Assembly: GCA_051013385.1 (NCBI GenBank) | Contig: CP143273.1 | Span: 1,312,001 to 1,376,000 of the forward strand | Length of the DNA stretch: 64,000 bases | Reading direction: 5' to 3' | Origin: Phormidium sp. | Lineage (GTDB): Bacteria; Cyanobacteriota; Cyanobacteriia; Cyanobacteriales; Aerosakkonemataceae | Shown here: positions 1-9,713 of the stretch, in pieces | Layout of the letters: each line of letters opens with the position of its first letter | Position numbering within the stretch: the stretch's first letter is position 1 | Translations under genes and position numbers: made by a program | The notes under the pieces: generated by a model | Seen by the model: the letters and a program-made list of their open reading frames with translations, nothing else | What the model was told of the DNA's origin: nothing | Databases searched by the model: none

Positions 1-1
1 T

Positions 2-946
2 AGTAAAACTGGTCGTTGTTTGCGTTATCAACCTAAAGAATTCACTCGATTACCGAATCGCTATTACACTTTCCGTACTGGGGGTATTGATTTCTTTGCT
101 TTGGATTCTAATACTTTCAATTCGCCCTTACCTTTGTCTCAAGATGCTGAGGGAGAAGCAAATCGCCGGATCTTAGAAAAACGCCGTGCTGATGCAAGGC
201 GACAGCAACAAGAAATTTTACAAACTATGAATTCGCTGAATGACGATCGCCCAGAAGAAGCGGAAAGATTAGATGATTTACGCACTAAACTAGAGCAATT
301 AGAGGAAATTGAAAATGATGTGGATAAACAGTTAAATGCTACTGGAGAAGTTACGGTTGATTGGGAACAATTAAACTGGTTACAACAAAGATTAATCGAG
401 TCTTGGCATACCGATTCAGTGCGCGGTAGAGTAATTTATTTGCATCATCCTCCTTATGTGACAGAAGCAACAAAGTGGTATCAATCCCAAACTTTAGCCG
501 TGCGGAATCGCTTGCGTGAGGTGTTAGATGAAGTGGCAAAAGCTGTGGGTAATTTACCTGGCGATCGCCCTGTGGTAGATTTAGTTTTGACTGGTCATGC
601 TCACTGTTTAGAATATCTCCGCACGACTAATACTGGACATGGCGATTCTCATATTAATTGGATTGTTTGTGGCGGGAGTGGTTATAGTTTACGTCGCCAA
701 AGAGAGGAAGGTTTAGAAATAACTGAACAGTTGGAAAATTTACCGGGTAAAGATATTCGCACTGTGGCGCGATCGCTACTTTTTATTGGTCGTAGTGGTC
801 AAGGTTCCTATAAACGCAGACCTTATTCTTTTTTGCGGATTGATGTGCGATCGGGAACTCCCCCTAAATTCGTTATTCGTCCCTTTGTTGCTGAGAGATA
901 TCAACAACAATGGCACGAAAGTCAAATTAAATCTTTTGAGATCTGA
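2..946 (+). CDS. Calcineurin-like metallophosphoesterase, 5'-truncated by the window edge
   Basis: Frame is open from base 2; motifs FFALDSN, HHPPY, VLTGHAH and IVCGGSG; helical insertion in the middle. Confidence 0.8.
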   Translation, partial: SKTGRCLRYQPKEFTRLPNRYYTFRTGGIDFFALDSNTFNSPLPLSQDAEGEANRRILEKRRADARRQQQEILQTMNSLNDDRPEEAERLDDLRTKLEQLEEIENDVDKQLNATGEVTVDWEQLNWLQQRLIESWHTDSVRGRVIYLHHPPYVTEATKWYQSQTLAVRNRLREVLDEVAKAVGNLPGDRPVVDLVLTGHAHCLEYLRTTNTGHGDSHINWIVCGGSGYSLRRQREEGLEITEQLENLPGKDIRTVARSLLFIGRSGQGSYKRRPYSFLRIDVRSGTPPKFVIRPFVAERYQQQWHESQIKSFEI

Positions 947-1094
947 AAATTACCTAAATTAAATAATTATTTCTCTTTTTTCAGGTCAACACATCTACTA
1001 TAAGACATAAAAAATGTAGTTATCTAAACCTACTATTTACTCATCTATAAAATCTACTAATCGCTCTAAATACTGATGAGTAAAATACATTTTC

Positions 1095-1110
1095 TCTCCC
1101 ATTTGGTTGA
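1095..1110. promoter_or_regulatory. Palindromic TC-N3-C-N4-G-N3-GA site upstream of dps
   Basis: TCTCCCATTTGGTTGA; the same pattern occurs at 3767, 7013, 7037 and 7074. Confidence 0.55.
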
Positions 1111-1176
1111 TGCGAATCTGAACCTAAATTTGTTGCAATAAATAGTTAGGATACAGTGTAGGAAAACATCAAAATT

Positions 1177-1722
1177 ATGCGCTCGTTGAACATAGGCTTA
1201 TCACAAGAACAACGTCAAGGTGTCATTGATTTATTAAATCGTGACCTGTCAGATGCTTATTTACTGTTAATCAAAACCAAAAAGTATCATTGGGATGTAG
1301 TAGGCCCACAATTCCGTTCTCTACATACATTGTGGGAAGAACATTACACAGCTTTGACAATTAACATTGACAAACTCGCAGAACGGATTCGCGCTTTAGG
1401 TGGTTATCCAATTGGTACAGCTAAAGGTTTTCTCGAAAATGCTTCTATTAAAGAAGAAGCTGGAACTCTACCTAATGCTTATGGCATGGTAGAAAACTTA
1501 GTATCAGATCATGAACAAGTTATCCGCAATTTGCGCGATCACGTAGATCAAAGTGGAGAAAAATTCCACGATCAAGGTACAGCTGATTTCCTCACAGGAT
1601 TGATGGAACAACATGAGGAAATGGCGTGGATGTTGCGTTCCTTTATTGAAGGTGAGCAAATTTCCCCAGATGGTAAACTCTCTTCTGATTTAAGAGTTCC
1701 TCTAGAAGCTAATAGCAGATAA
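1177..1722 (+). CDS. dps: Dps family ferritin-like DNA-protection protein
   Basis: KYHWDVVGPQFRSLH, DKLAERIRALGG and HEEMAWML ferroxidase-centre motifs. Confidence 0.95.
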   Translation: MRSLNIGLSQEQRQGVIDLLNRDLSDAYLLLIKTKKYHWDVVGPQFRSLHTLWEEHYTALTINIDKLAERIRALGGYPIGTAKGFLENASIKEEAGTLPNAYGMVENLVSDHEQVIRNLRDHVDQSGEKFHDQGTADFLTGLMEQHEEMAWMLRSFIEGEQISPDGKLSSDLRVPLEANSR

Positions 1723-1726
1723 AGTT

Positions 1727-1765
1727 AAAAGATCCCCAACTTCTTGAAGAAGTCGGGGATCTTTT
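1727..1765. terminator. Palindromic repeat / bidirectional terminator between convergent dps and recX
   Basis: AAAAGATCCCCAACTTCTTGAAGAAGTCGGGGATCTTTT; a related copy lies at 12711-12745. Confidence 0.65.
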
Positions 1766-1774
1766 AATTAAAAC

Positions 1775-2227
1775 TTATTCATCTTCTTTTTGCCATTGCG
1801 CTAAAGTTTGCCAAGCATTAAACCCGCGATACTGAAGATAATTAACTAACTTACTCTTAGTTTTTTGGTCAATATTGCCAAAGTCTGTAATGTGATATTT
1901 CCGCATTATCTTAGCTTTCAAGTCAGCCAAATCATCGGTTTCTTCATTTTCTTCTTGTGCTGACCAAACTTCCTCAAATACATCGCTGGAAATGCCTTTT
2001 TCAAAACACTTACGTTTGATCATAGACTTGCCAAACTTTCCCTGAGATGAAGCAATTAAGCTTTCTACTAAACGGCTATCCGACTGATAACCCAAATTTT
2101 GTAAATGATTAATAGCATCAGTAATTTCGCTCTGTTCATATCCCTTTTCCTGTGCTTTTTTTTCTAATTCGCGGACGCTATATTCTCGACGAGATAATAG
2201 TTGATAAAAGTAATTAAGACAAGACAT
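1775..2227 (-). CDS. recX: Regulatory protein RecX
   Basis: LLSRREYSVREL, LGYQSD and YLQYRGF motifs; 150 aa. Confidence 0.85.
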   Translation of the reverse strand: MSCLNYFYQLLSRREYSVRELEKKAQEKGYEQSEITDAINHLQNLGYQSDSRLVESLIASSQGKFGKSMIKRKCFEKGISSDVFEEVWSAQEENEETDDLADLKAKIMRKYHITDFGNIDQKTKSKLVNYLQYRGFNAWQTLAQWQKEDE

Positions 2228-2340
2228 ATATAACCTGGAAAAGCCATTTAGTTGTTAATATTGTAACACTTTATATGTTGATTGAATAACTAAAATATAC
2301 TAGATATGTTTAAACTAATAATCTTAGCGGTAAAAATAGG

Positions 2341-3129
2341 ATGTTGCTCAATTTAATTGCAGATTACGGTAATGGCGATCCAGCTTTTGCAGAAGTAACC
2401 CAACGTTTGTTAGCCGAGATACCGGAAGCGCAAATTCACTGTCTTTCAGTACCTCCGTTTAGTACTTTAGCAACGGGTTTTTGGGTGGCGCAATTGGGTT
2501 TAAATAAAGGGCCAAAAAATCGCTTAATCTATCATAACTGTGCTCCCCGACAAGATAACCCAGAAGCTAGGCAAAATAATGAAGGGGAAGGGTTAACTTA
2601 TGCTTTGTTACCTAATGAGGTGAAAGTTGTCGGAGTTTTTGCCGGATACACCCTTTCCTTTATTAAAAATAATGCTCAAGTTTTGCATACAATAAAAGTT
2701 TCTAGGGGAGGTTCACAGTTTCGATCGCGTGACGTTTTTCCCGCTGCTGTAGGTGCGATCGCCAAAGGAGATCTCAGCCTTTTAGGAGAACAAATCCAAC
2801 CCGAACAAATACCCGACGCACCAACCGATAGAGTAGCTTGGATTGATGGCTATGGTAACATCAAAACCACCCTTCCGGCACACACAATAAACCTAAAACC
2901 AGAAGAAAAAGTAGTAATTCGAGTCGGAGATGTCGTCAGCGATGCTATTTATTCCGATGGCAGTTTTCGCGTTCCCGAAGGTACTTTAGCATTTTCGCCC
3001 GGAAGTTCAGGATGGGAAACAGCAACCGGAGAAACTATTCGCTGGATGGAACTATTTTTGCGAGGCGGAAGTGCTTGGGAACGCTTTGGTAGACCTCGCA
3101 TAAATCAAACAGTAACTCGCCTTTCCTAA
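2341..3129 (+). CDS. DUF62 / SAM hydroxide adenosyltransferase-halogenase superfamily protein (divergent)
   Basis: IADYG, FRSRDVFP, WIDGYGNIKT and PGSSG motifs; typical size. Confidence 0.75.
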   Translation: MLLNLIADYGNGDPAFAEVTQRLLAEIPEAQIHCLSVPPFSTLATGFWVAQLGLNKGPKNRLIYHNCAPRQDNPEARQNNEGEGLTYALLPNEVKVVGVFAGYTLSFIKNNAQVLHTIKVSRGGSQFRSRDVFPAAVGAIAKGDLSLLGEQIQPEQIPDAPTDRVAWIDGYGNIKTTLPAHTINLKPEEKVVIRVGDVVSDAIYSDGSFRVPEGTLAFSPGSSGWETATGETIRWMELFLRGGSAWERFGRPRINQTVTRLS

Positions 3130-3208
3130 ATTAGATATCTCCAGAAATTAACGGTGCGTTACTGAAACTTTTGTAGAGACGTTGTATACAACGTCTCTAC
3201 CAAGAATG

Positions 3209-3406
3209 TTAAACTCAGATCTTGCACCAGTCCCAATACCCGCCTGGGACTTGAGTCCCAGGCTCATAGCGAAAGTCCTCTGAAGAGGACTAAATACTAA
3301 ATACTGACAATCAAAAGTTTTCAGTCCACTTGAGTGGACTTGAGCTATTAGCCTGGGACTTGAGTCCCAGGCGGGCTAAAACGACAGGTGCAAAATGTGA
3401 GTTGAA
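3209..3406. mobile_element. Non-autonomous MITE-like element containing an internal multi-palindrome repeat
   Basis: About 20-bp imperfect terminal inverted repeats (TTAAACTCAGATCTTGCACC ... GGTGCAAAATGTGAGTTGAA); two internal copies of GCCTGGGACTTGAGTCCCAGGC. Confidence 0.6.
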
Positions 3407-3766
3407 CCCTTCTTTGACTACTGGGAAACAAAAAGTTTTGCTTCATGTTCGCCCAAATCAACTATTAGCTGATTTTCCTTTGCTTCTAAATGATTACCTT
3501 CTAACCAATCATACCAATTGTTATGCTCAGGAAAAAGACATCATTGCAGATGTAAATCTTTTAGTTAGAATTTGGGTAGCGATCGCACAAACTTACTCAG
3601 TGCATTTTTGCCAAATTCTGCACTATTTTTGATCTGAAAATTTAGTAATTTTTAGAATAACATTAAAATCAAAATAATAAATTATATCAAAGGAATGAAA
3701 AAATTTTCAAGTAAATCTGTAATTTAGAATACAAACAGCAAAAAAAAATTCAATCCAATGCAGAAA

Positions 3767-3782
3767 TCATCCCTAAGATTGA
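3767..3782. promoter_or_regulatory. TC-N3-C-N4-G-N3-GA site upstream of the GH31 gene
   Basis: TCATCCCTAAGATTGA, a perfect match to the shared motif. Confidence 0.55.
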
Positions 3783-3856
3783 TAGCACTCAACAGTAAAT
3801 TAGCGAATATTCAAAAAAGTACGTCTTAGCTGAAAAAATAACTATACCTTGGGGAA

Positions 3857-6316
3857 GTGATTATGAAAACTTGGAAAGAATTAAAATTAGACCTAAAGTT
3901 TTTTTGGGGTTCCCTATTCTACTTAACTTATGCTCCTAAAGCATTTATTTACTCTCGATGGCGCGATGCAGTAGAAGCTAAATACCCTACTCCCACCACA
4001 GGAGAAAAGTTCGCCAGTCCCGGAAAATTACTCAAAGCAGAACCAATTTCTAGAGGTGCTACATTTTACTTTGAACAAGCAGAACTAGAAATAACCTTTC
4101 TCACAGTTGACTTAGTGAGAATTGATTGGAAACCAGGAATACCGCCAATCCCTTATGCAATTGCTCGTCATGAATGGTCAGAAGTAGAAACAAAATTAGA
4201 AGAAACAAACGATAATTGGATGTTATCCAGTGAAGCTTTAAAAATCATCATTAGTATAGATGGTAGCCTGAAATTCTGCGACAACCAAGGGCAAATTCTC
4301 CGGGAAGAAATGCCGCCAGAACACAAAGTTGAGGGATGGATTCATCAAGCTAAATTGCGAACAGAAGAACGTATTTATGGTTTAGGAGAAAGGTCAACAC
4401 CTTTAAATCTTCGCACTGCCAAAGAGACAACGGAAAAAGGCGAAATTACCGATCGCCCAAAAACTTTTCGGATGTGGAATTATGATGCTGCGGGAATGTA
4501 TGCACCAGGATCAGACCCAATGTATTTGTGTATTCCCTTGTATTTAGGTTTGCATTCTCTTGGCAGTTATTTAGTTTTTTATGAAAATAGCTTTGAAGCT
4601 TTCTTCACCTTTTCTGATGTAGCTAAAGCTGATTTTGTGGGCGGTTCATTGCGTTATTACTTTACTTATGGAACTCCGGCAAAACTATTAGAAACTTATA
4701 CTGAATTAACAGGTCGATCGCCATTACCTCCAAAATGGGCATTAGGATATCATCAATCGCACTGGGGATATCGTACCGAACAAGCAATTAGAGAAGAAGC
4801 ACAGGAATTTGAAAAACATGATTTACCTTTAAGTGCGATACATTTAGATATTGATATTCAGGTAGGATATCGAGCATTTACGATCGATCCCGATCGCTTT
4901 CCCAAACTCCCCAGCTTTATTAAAGAACTCTTAGATCAAGGAGTAAGATTCATTGCAATTATGAATCCGGGAATTAAGTACAGTCGTGACAGTAACTTAT
5001 TCCTGGAAGGGCAACTTTTAGAAGCATTTTGTCGCTTACCAAACGGCGAATTAGTAATCGGCCCTGTTTGGCCTGGTTGGTGTGTTTTTCCTGATTTTAC
5101 TAAACCAGTTGTGCGTAAATGGTGGAGTCGGCAATATGAATATTTATTAGATGTAGGAGTAGCAGGTTTTTGGCATGATATGAATGAACCTGCGGCATTT
5201 ATTTTGTGGGGCGATCGATCGCTTCCCAAACCAACACAACATTACATGGAAGGTAGAGGCGGCGACCATCGAGAAGCACACAATGTTTATGGATTATTGC
5301 AAGCAGAAGCAGGTTATAAAAGTCTCTGCGGACATCGACCCGAACAGCGACCTTTTATCGTTTCTCGTGCAGGTTGGGCAGGACTACAACGCTATGCTTG
5401 GACATGGACTGGCGATGTCGAATGTACTTGGGCAGCGATGCGAATTACCATTTCCACAGTCGTCGGTTTAGGATTATCAGGAATACCTTATACTGGCCCT
5501 GATATTGGTGGTTTTCAAGGCAATCCAAGCGCCGAACTTTACTTGCGTTGGTTCCAAATGTCCACCTTTTTCACCTTTTACCGCACCCACTCTTCAAACA
5601 ACGTAGAAAACCGCGCCCCTTGGACTTATGGCGAACCTTACTTAAGCATTATTCGGGAATTTATACAACTACGTTATCGCTTAATTCCTTACTTTTATAC
5701 CTTATCTTGGGAAGCAACACAAAAAGGTTTTCCTCCCGTCCGTCCTGTATTTTGGAATAATAGCGAAGACTCACGAGTTTGGAATATTGACGATGCGTTT
5801 ATGTTAGGTGATGCGCTGTTAGTTTGTCCGGTATTTGAAGAAGGTCAAACCGAAAGACAAGTTACCTTACCCAAAGGACATTGGTATAGTTTTTGGGATG
5901 ACCAAATCATCGAAGGTTCCCAACAAGTAAATTTACCAGCACCTTTAGAAAAACTTCCCTTATTAGTGAAAGCTGGAAGCATTTTACCAATGGAAGAAGG
6001 AGACAAATTAATCCTTCATATTTACCCATCTTTATCAGGAACAACTGAAACCCAATTTTACTTTGATGCAGGTGATGGTTATGGAGAATCGCGCTTAGAT
6101 AAATTCCGTATGGTACGATTTGAAGACGGAATAGAGATCTTTTGGGAACAACAAGGAGAATATGCTTTTCCTTACCAAATAGTGAAAATTCAATTGCATG
6201 GAATGGAAGCAAAAGCAGCTTGGGTAAATGGTAACTCAGTTGACTGCCAAGGTAATTATCTAATAACTGAACAATTTCCTCAAATGTACATTGCTGGAGA
6301 ATTTAAAATACATTAG
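3857..6316 (+). CDS. Glycoside hydrolase family 31 (alpha-glucosidase)
   Basis: YGLGE, GFWHDMNEP nucleophile motif, WTGD, GPDIGGF. Confidence 0.95.
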   Translation: MIMKTWKELKLDLKFFWGSLFYLTYAPKAFIYSRWRDAVEAKYPTPTTGEKFASPGKLLKAEPISRGATFYFEQAELEITFLTVDLVRIDWKPGIPPIPYAIARHEWSEVETKLEETNDNWMLSSEALKIIISIDGSLKFCDNQGQILREEMPPEHKVEGWIHQAKLRTEERIYGLGERSTPLNLRTAKETTEKGEITDRPKTFRMWNYDAAGMYAPGSDPMYLCIPLYLGLHSLGSYLVFYENSFEAFFTFSDVAKADFVGGSLRYYFTYGTPAKLLETYTELTGRSPLPPKWALGYHQSHWGYRTEQAIREEAQEFEKHDLPLSAIHLDIDIQVGYRAFTIDPDRFPKLPSFIKELLDQGVRFIAIMNPGIKYSRDSNLFLEGQLLEAFCRLPNGELVIGPVWPGWCVFPDFTKPVVRKWWSRQYEYLLDVGVAGFWHDMNEPAAFILWGDRSLPKPTQHYMEGRGGDHREAHNVYGLLQAEAGYKSLCGHRPEQRPFIVSRAGWAGLQRYAWTWTGDVECTWAAMRITISTVVGLGLSGIPYTGPDIGGFQGNPSAELYLRWFQMSTFFTFYRTHSSNNVENRAPWTYGEPYLSIIREFIQLRYRLIPYFYTLSWEATQKGFPPVRPVFWNNSEDSRVWNIDDAFMLGDALLVCPVFEEGQTERQVTLPKGHWYSFWDDQIIEGSQQVNLPAPLEKLPLLVKAGSILPMEEGDKLILHIYPSLSGTTETQFYFDAGDGYGESRLDKFRMVRFEDGIEIFWEQQGEYAFPYQIVKIQLHGMEAKAAWVNGNSVDCQGNYLITEQFPQMYIAGEFKIH

Positions 6317-6330
6317 AAGGTTAAAATTAG

Positions 6331-6397
6331 GTACGTTGTTGCGCTTGGGCGCTCTTATTACCACTGGCGATGAGAGCGCTTTAGCGCAACAACATAC
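6331..6397. repeat. GTAC-REP-like doublet (copy 1 of 3)
   Basis: GTACGTTGTTGCGCTTGGGCGC ... GCGCTTTAGCGCAACAACATAC; related copies at 25728 and 57620. Confidence 0.7.
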
Positions 6398-6477
6398 TCA
6401 TTTTTTCTGTAAGTAGGAACCATGAACTTTTTTCTCGGTTGTAGCGAGATATTTTCAAGAATTATTAGAAAAAAATG

Positions 6478-6528
6478 GTGTAGCTGTTCCTCCTTTACCT
6501 TGGAATGATATTGATGGAACAGCTACAC
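6478..6528 (-). terminator. Stem-loop after the 6550-6960 gene
   Basis: 13-bp perfect inverted repeat GTGTAGCTGTTCC/GGAACAGCTACAC, followed by a T-run on the minus strand. Confidence 0.55.
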
Positions 6529-6549
6529 AATTGAGTTTGTTTTAGAACT

Positions 6550-6960
6550 TTATTCTCGACGTTCTTGATAATCTTCGGAGGAAGTGGGGTCTAATTCCCA
6601 GCGGCGATCGTCCCGTTGCTCTAAAATTTCAGTAGTGCGGAGGAAAGCGCGATCGTCCATTTCCAAACCAACAGCAGCACCCAACTCATCAACAATACTC
6701 TGATCGGGAGTAGCGACAGTTCCACCTACAGCTTCTTCGCCAACTGAATCAGCTTGTTCCCATGCAGCATCCACATCACCGCCAGTTAATTCGGGACTAG
6801 TCGAAGTGTATTGTTTCTCTTCATCCCGCAGTCTGCGCGTGCCAATATTGGAACCCGGTTCTGTATGAATTCCAGTTCCGTAAGACTCTGTGATTTCCTG
6901 TGGTAGGTCTAAAATTTCCGCTTCGTTATTGTTTAGGTTGTTATCAGTTTCGTCAGCCAT
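6550..6960 (-). CDS. Acidic conserved protein (DUF6335-like)
   Basis: LTGGDVDAAWEQA, VGEEAVGG, TPDQ and RDDRRWEL motifs; AGGAG RBS. Confidence 0.75.
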   Translation of the reverse strand: MADETDNNLNNNEAEILDLPQEITESYGTGIHTEPGSNIGTRRLRDEEKQYTSTSPELTGGDVDAAWEQADSVGEEAVGGTVATPDQSIVDELGAAVGLEMDDRAFLRTTEILEQRDDRRWELDPTSSEDYQERRE

Positions 6961-6984
6961 AATACACGCTCCTTATACCTTACC

Positions 6985-7118
6985 AGGTTACTTTATCGCC
7001 GCAAAATTGATGTCTGACTTAAGAGCGAAACTGATCTATAACTTTTGAATGAAGAACACGCATAAAACCGATCTATCACTTTAGTATGACGAGAATTCAG
7101 GGCGAAAATGCCTAACCT
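6985..7118. promoter_or_regulatory. Divergent promoter pair: three TC/TA-N3-C-N4-G-N3-GA sites and two TAACCT -10 boxes
   Basis: Sites at 7013-7028, 7037-7052 and 7074-7089; TAACCT on the minus strand at 6990-6985 (22-nt spacer) and on the plus strand at 7113-7118 (23-nt spacer). Confidence 0.6.
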
Positions 7119-7180
7119 GGAAACAGATCTGAGCTAAAGATTACAACTTTTGTTGAGATAGAAAAATATCTGAGGATGCC

Positions 7181-7591
7181 ATGAAACGTGATGAATTTTT
7201 TAAGCACGTTCAAAGTATTGCCCAGCTTGGCTCTCGTGAAGAAGCAGAGCGTGCTGTTCGGGCAACATTAGAAACTCTTAAAGAACGTATTGTCGGAGAT
7301 GAAGCTAAAGATTTAGCTTCTCAATTACCAGTAGGAATTGGTGAGTATTTGCACGGTAGAGAAGGAGAGAACGGACAAGCTTTTTCTCTACAAGAATTTT
7401 ATCAAAAGGTTGCTGAAAAAGAAAGTGTAGATCCAGTTACAGCCGCCACTCATGCGCGTGCTGTTGTCTCAGTTTTAAATATTGCAGTTACACCTGGGGA
7501 ATTCGCAGATGTTCGCGCTAATCTTTCGCCGGATTATTTAGACTTATTGCCTTCAGCTAACCCTAATTCACAAGTAAGTTCTGGAAGTTAA
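7181..7591 (+). CDS. DUF2267 family protein
   Basis: AERAVRATLETLKERI, EAKDLASQLP and HARAV pattern. Confidence 0.8.
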   Translation: MKRDEFFKHVQSIAQLGSREEAERAVRATLETLKERIVGDEAKDLASQLPVGIGEYLHGREGENGQAFSLQEFYQKVAEKESVDPVTAATHARAVVSVLNIAVTPGEFADVRANLSPDYLDLLPSANPNSQVSSGS

Positions 7592-7626
7592 ATTGAAAAA
7601 AAAATCCCAAAATAGGAGGAAATCAA

Positions 7627-8727
7627 ATGGTACATCATAACGGTCACAGCAATAATAAACGAGTAGCAATTTTAATTGAAACCGGAGTCGAAGATTCCGA
7701 GTTTCAAGTACCTTATAAAGCTTTAAAAATGGCAGGATTTGATGTAGTTGTTCTCGGTTCTCGAATGAACAGCACTTATGTAGGAAAGCAAGGCAAAGTT
7801 TCCCAGAAACCTGATGCCACAACTACTGAATCTCGCCCGGAAGAATTTGATGCAGTAATTATTCCTGGGGGAATGGCTCCTGACACAATGCGTACTAATC
7901 CAAATACAGTTAGATTTGTGCAGCAAGCAATGGAGCAAGGAAAATTAATTGCTGCTGTTTGTCATGGGCCTCAAGTATTAATTGAAGGCGATTTACTGAA
8001 AGGTAAAAATGCCACTGGCTATCGGGCCATTCGCAAAGATATAATTAACGCTGGAGCTAATTATATTGATGAACCTTTAGTAGTTGATGGCAATTTAATT
8101 ACTTCCAGAAGACCTGGAGATTTAGCAATTTTCACCACTGCAATTCTAAGCCGTTTGGGTTATGGCGGTAAGGAAGTAGACCTGCCTAATGAAAGTGATA
8201 TTACTGCTGAATGGTGGAAACTTGCTGATGCTTGGGGTGGTTCTACAAAAGGCGACATTACTAAAGCTTTGAATACATCTCTTGCAGGTGAGCGTTATTC
8301 TCATGAAGAGTTTCAGAAGTACGCAGAAAGAAGTACAGATCCAGAATTGCGATCGCTCTTACAAGAAATAGTCGCCAACAAACAAAGCCACATTCAAATG
8401 ATCGAAGCACGCCTAAATGCACTAGGCGAAAAACCCTCTTTACCAGCACAAGCAGCTGATACTTACGCCAAAATAAAAACTGGTTTACAAGGTAGTGACG
8501 ATCTGTTTATGTTGCGTACTGCTTTAGGTGATATGCAGACAGCAGTTGTCGATACATATCAACTGAGTACTCAACTTACTGACCCATTTTCCACAGCATT
8601 ATTTATGGAAATTGAAGAAGATTTAGCCAAATATGAACGGCGTTTAGCAGACCTTTATAAAGGACGTTTTGCTGGAGAATTTGCACCAGCGGCTAAACCT
8701 TCTACAAGTCCTGCTGTGGGTGTTTAA
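7627..8727 (+). CDS. DJ-1/PfpI (YhbO-like) deglycase fused to a C-terminal ferritin-like domain
   Basis: GVEDSE, IIPGG, AVCHGP and TSRRPGDL motifs; C-terminal four-helix bundle pattern; AGGAGG RBS. Confidence 0.85.
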   Translation: MVHHNGHSNNKRVAILIETGVEDSEFQVPYKALKMAGFDVVVLGSRMNSTYVGKQGKVSQKPDATTTESRPEEFDAVIIPGGMAPDTMRTNPNTVRFVQQAMEQGKLIAAVCHGPQVLIEGDLLKGKNATGYRAIRKDIINAGANYIDEPLVVDGNLITSRRPGDLAIFTTAILSRLGYGGKEVDLPNESDITAEWWKLADAWGGSTKGDITKALNTSLAGERYSHEEFQKYAERSTDPELRSLLQEIVANKQSHIQMIEARLNALGEKPSLPAQAADTYAKIKTGLQGSDDLFMLRTALGDMQTAVVDTYQLSTQLTDPFSTALFMEIEEDLAKYERRLADLYKGRFAGEFAPAAKPSTSPAVGV

Positions 8728-8817
8728 TTTGGGGATGACAGGCAAGATGCCTGTCCTACGGGACGGGAAAATTTAGTTTCTTGTCCCGATTTTTTGGAAA
8801 AATTAGGAGGTGAAAAA

Positions 8818-9696
8818 GTGGAAAGACGGTTAGAAGGAAAAGTTGCGATCGTTACTGGCGCAGGTACAGGAATTGGGGAAGCAATTGCTCATAAATTCGC
8901 CAAAGAAGGTGCAAAAGTTGTAGTTAATGGATTACCCAGCGATCCGGTAGCAGAAGTCGTAGAAGCTATTAAAAAATATGGCGGTCAAGCTATGGCTTAT
9001 GCAGGTGATATTTCGGAAGAAGATCATGCTCAAGCTTGCGTTCATGCCGCAATTACTGAGTTTGGAAATCTCCACATTTTGATTAACAATGCTGGCGTTT
9101 TCTTAACAACTGCGGAAATGCAACATTATCCGGTAGAAGATTTCGATCGCACTATCAGAATGAACATTCGTTCCGCATTTCTGATGACTAAATACGCTTT
9201 ACCACATCTACAAAGAACTAAAGGAAATATCATTTCCACAGGTTCAGAAGCCGGATTTAATGGTTTAGCTCAAAACGCTCCTTACGGCGGAACAAAAGGC
9301 TGGATGCACTCTTTTATGAAAGGAGTTGCTGTTGAACAAGCTCAATATGGAGTCAGGGCAAATTGTGTTTGTCCGGGTGCAATTGATACAGCTTGGACAC
9401 ACAAAGAAACAGGGCCAATGGATTCCAAAATGGAGAAAACTTTAATTACAGCCACACCTATGGCGCGGCGCGGAACGCCAGAGGAAGTTGCCAATGTTTT
9501 TGCTTTTTTGGCATCTGATGAAGCCAGTTATGTGACGGGTGCATTGTGGTTAGTTGATGGCGGCGTAACTGTTGCTAAAGGGTCAGTTGGTGAAGATACA
9601 CCAAATTATTTGCGAGAAGAACCTCAAGGTGAGTTGCGCTTAGATCATTCGTTAGAAGGATTAAAAAACAAAGAAACTCACGCTATCAAGAAATAA
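8818..9696 (+). CDS. Short-chain dehydrogenase/reductase
   Basis: TGAGTGIG, NNAG and YGGTK motifs; GTG start after an AGGAGG RBS. Confidence 0.92.
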   Translation: MERRLEGKVAIVTGAGTGIGEAIAHKFAKEGAKVVVNGLPSDPVAEVVEAIKKYGGQAMAYAGDISEEDHAQACVHAAITEFGNLHILINNAGVFLTTAEMQHYPVEDFDRTIRMNIRSAFLMTKYALPHLQRTKGNIISTGSEAGFNGLAQNAPYGGTKGWMHSFMKGVAVEQAQYGVRANCVCPGAIDTAWTHKETGPMDSKMEKTLITATPMARRGTPEEVANVFAFLASDEASYVTGALWLVDGGVTVAKGSVGEDTPNYLREEPQGELRLDHSLEGLKNKETHAIKK

Positions 9697-9713
9697 GCAA
9701 GCGAGGGGAAAGT

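Noticed and set aside
2341..3129. Calling the DUF62 protein a fluorinase or chlorinase
   Set aside because: The active-site loop matches neither known halogenase and there is no halometabolite gene context
3330..3632. 100-aa ORF
   Set aside because: Starts at a TTG inside a palindromic mobile repeat; no RBS or recognisable motif
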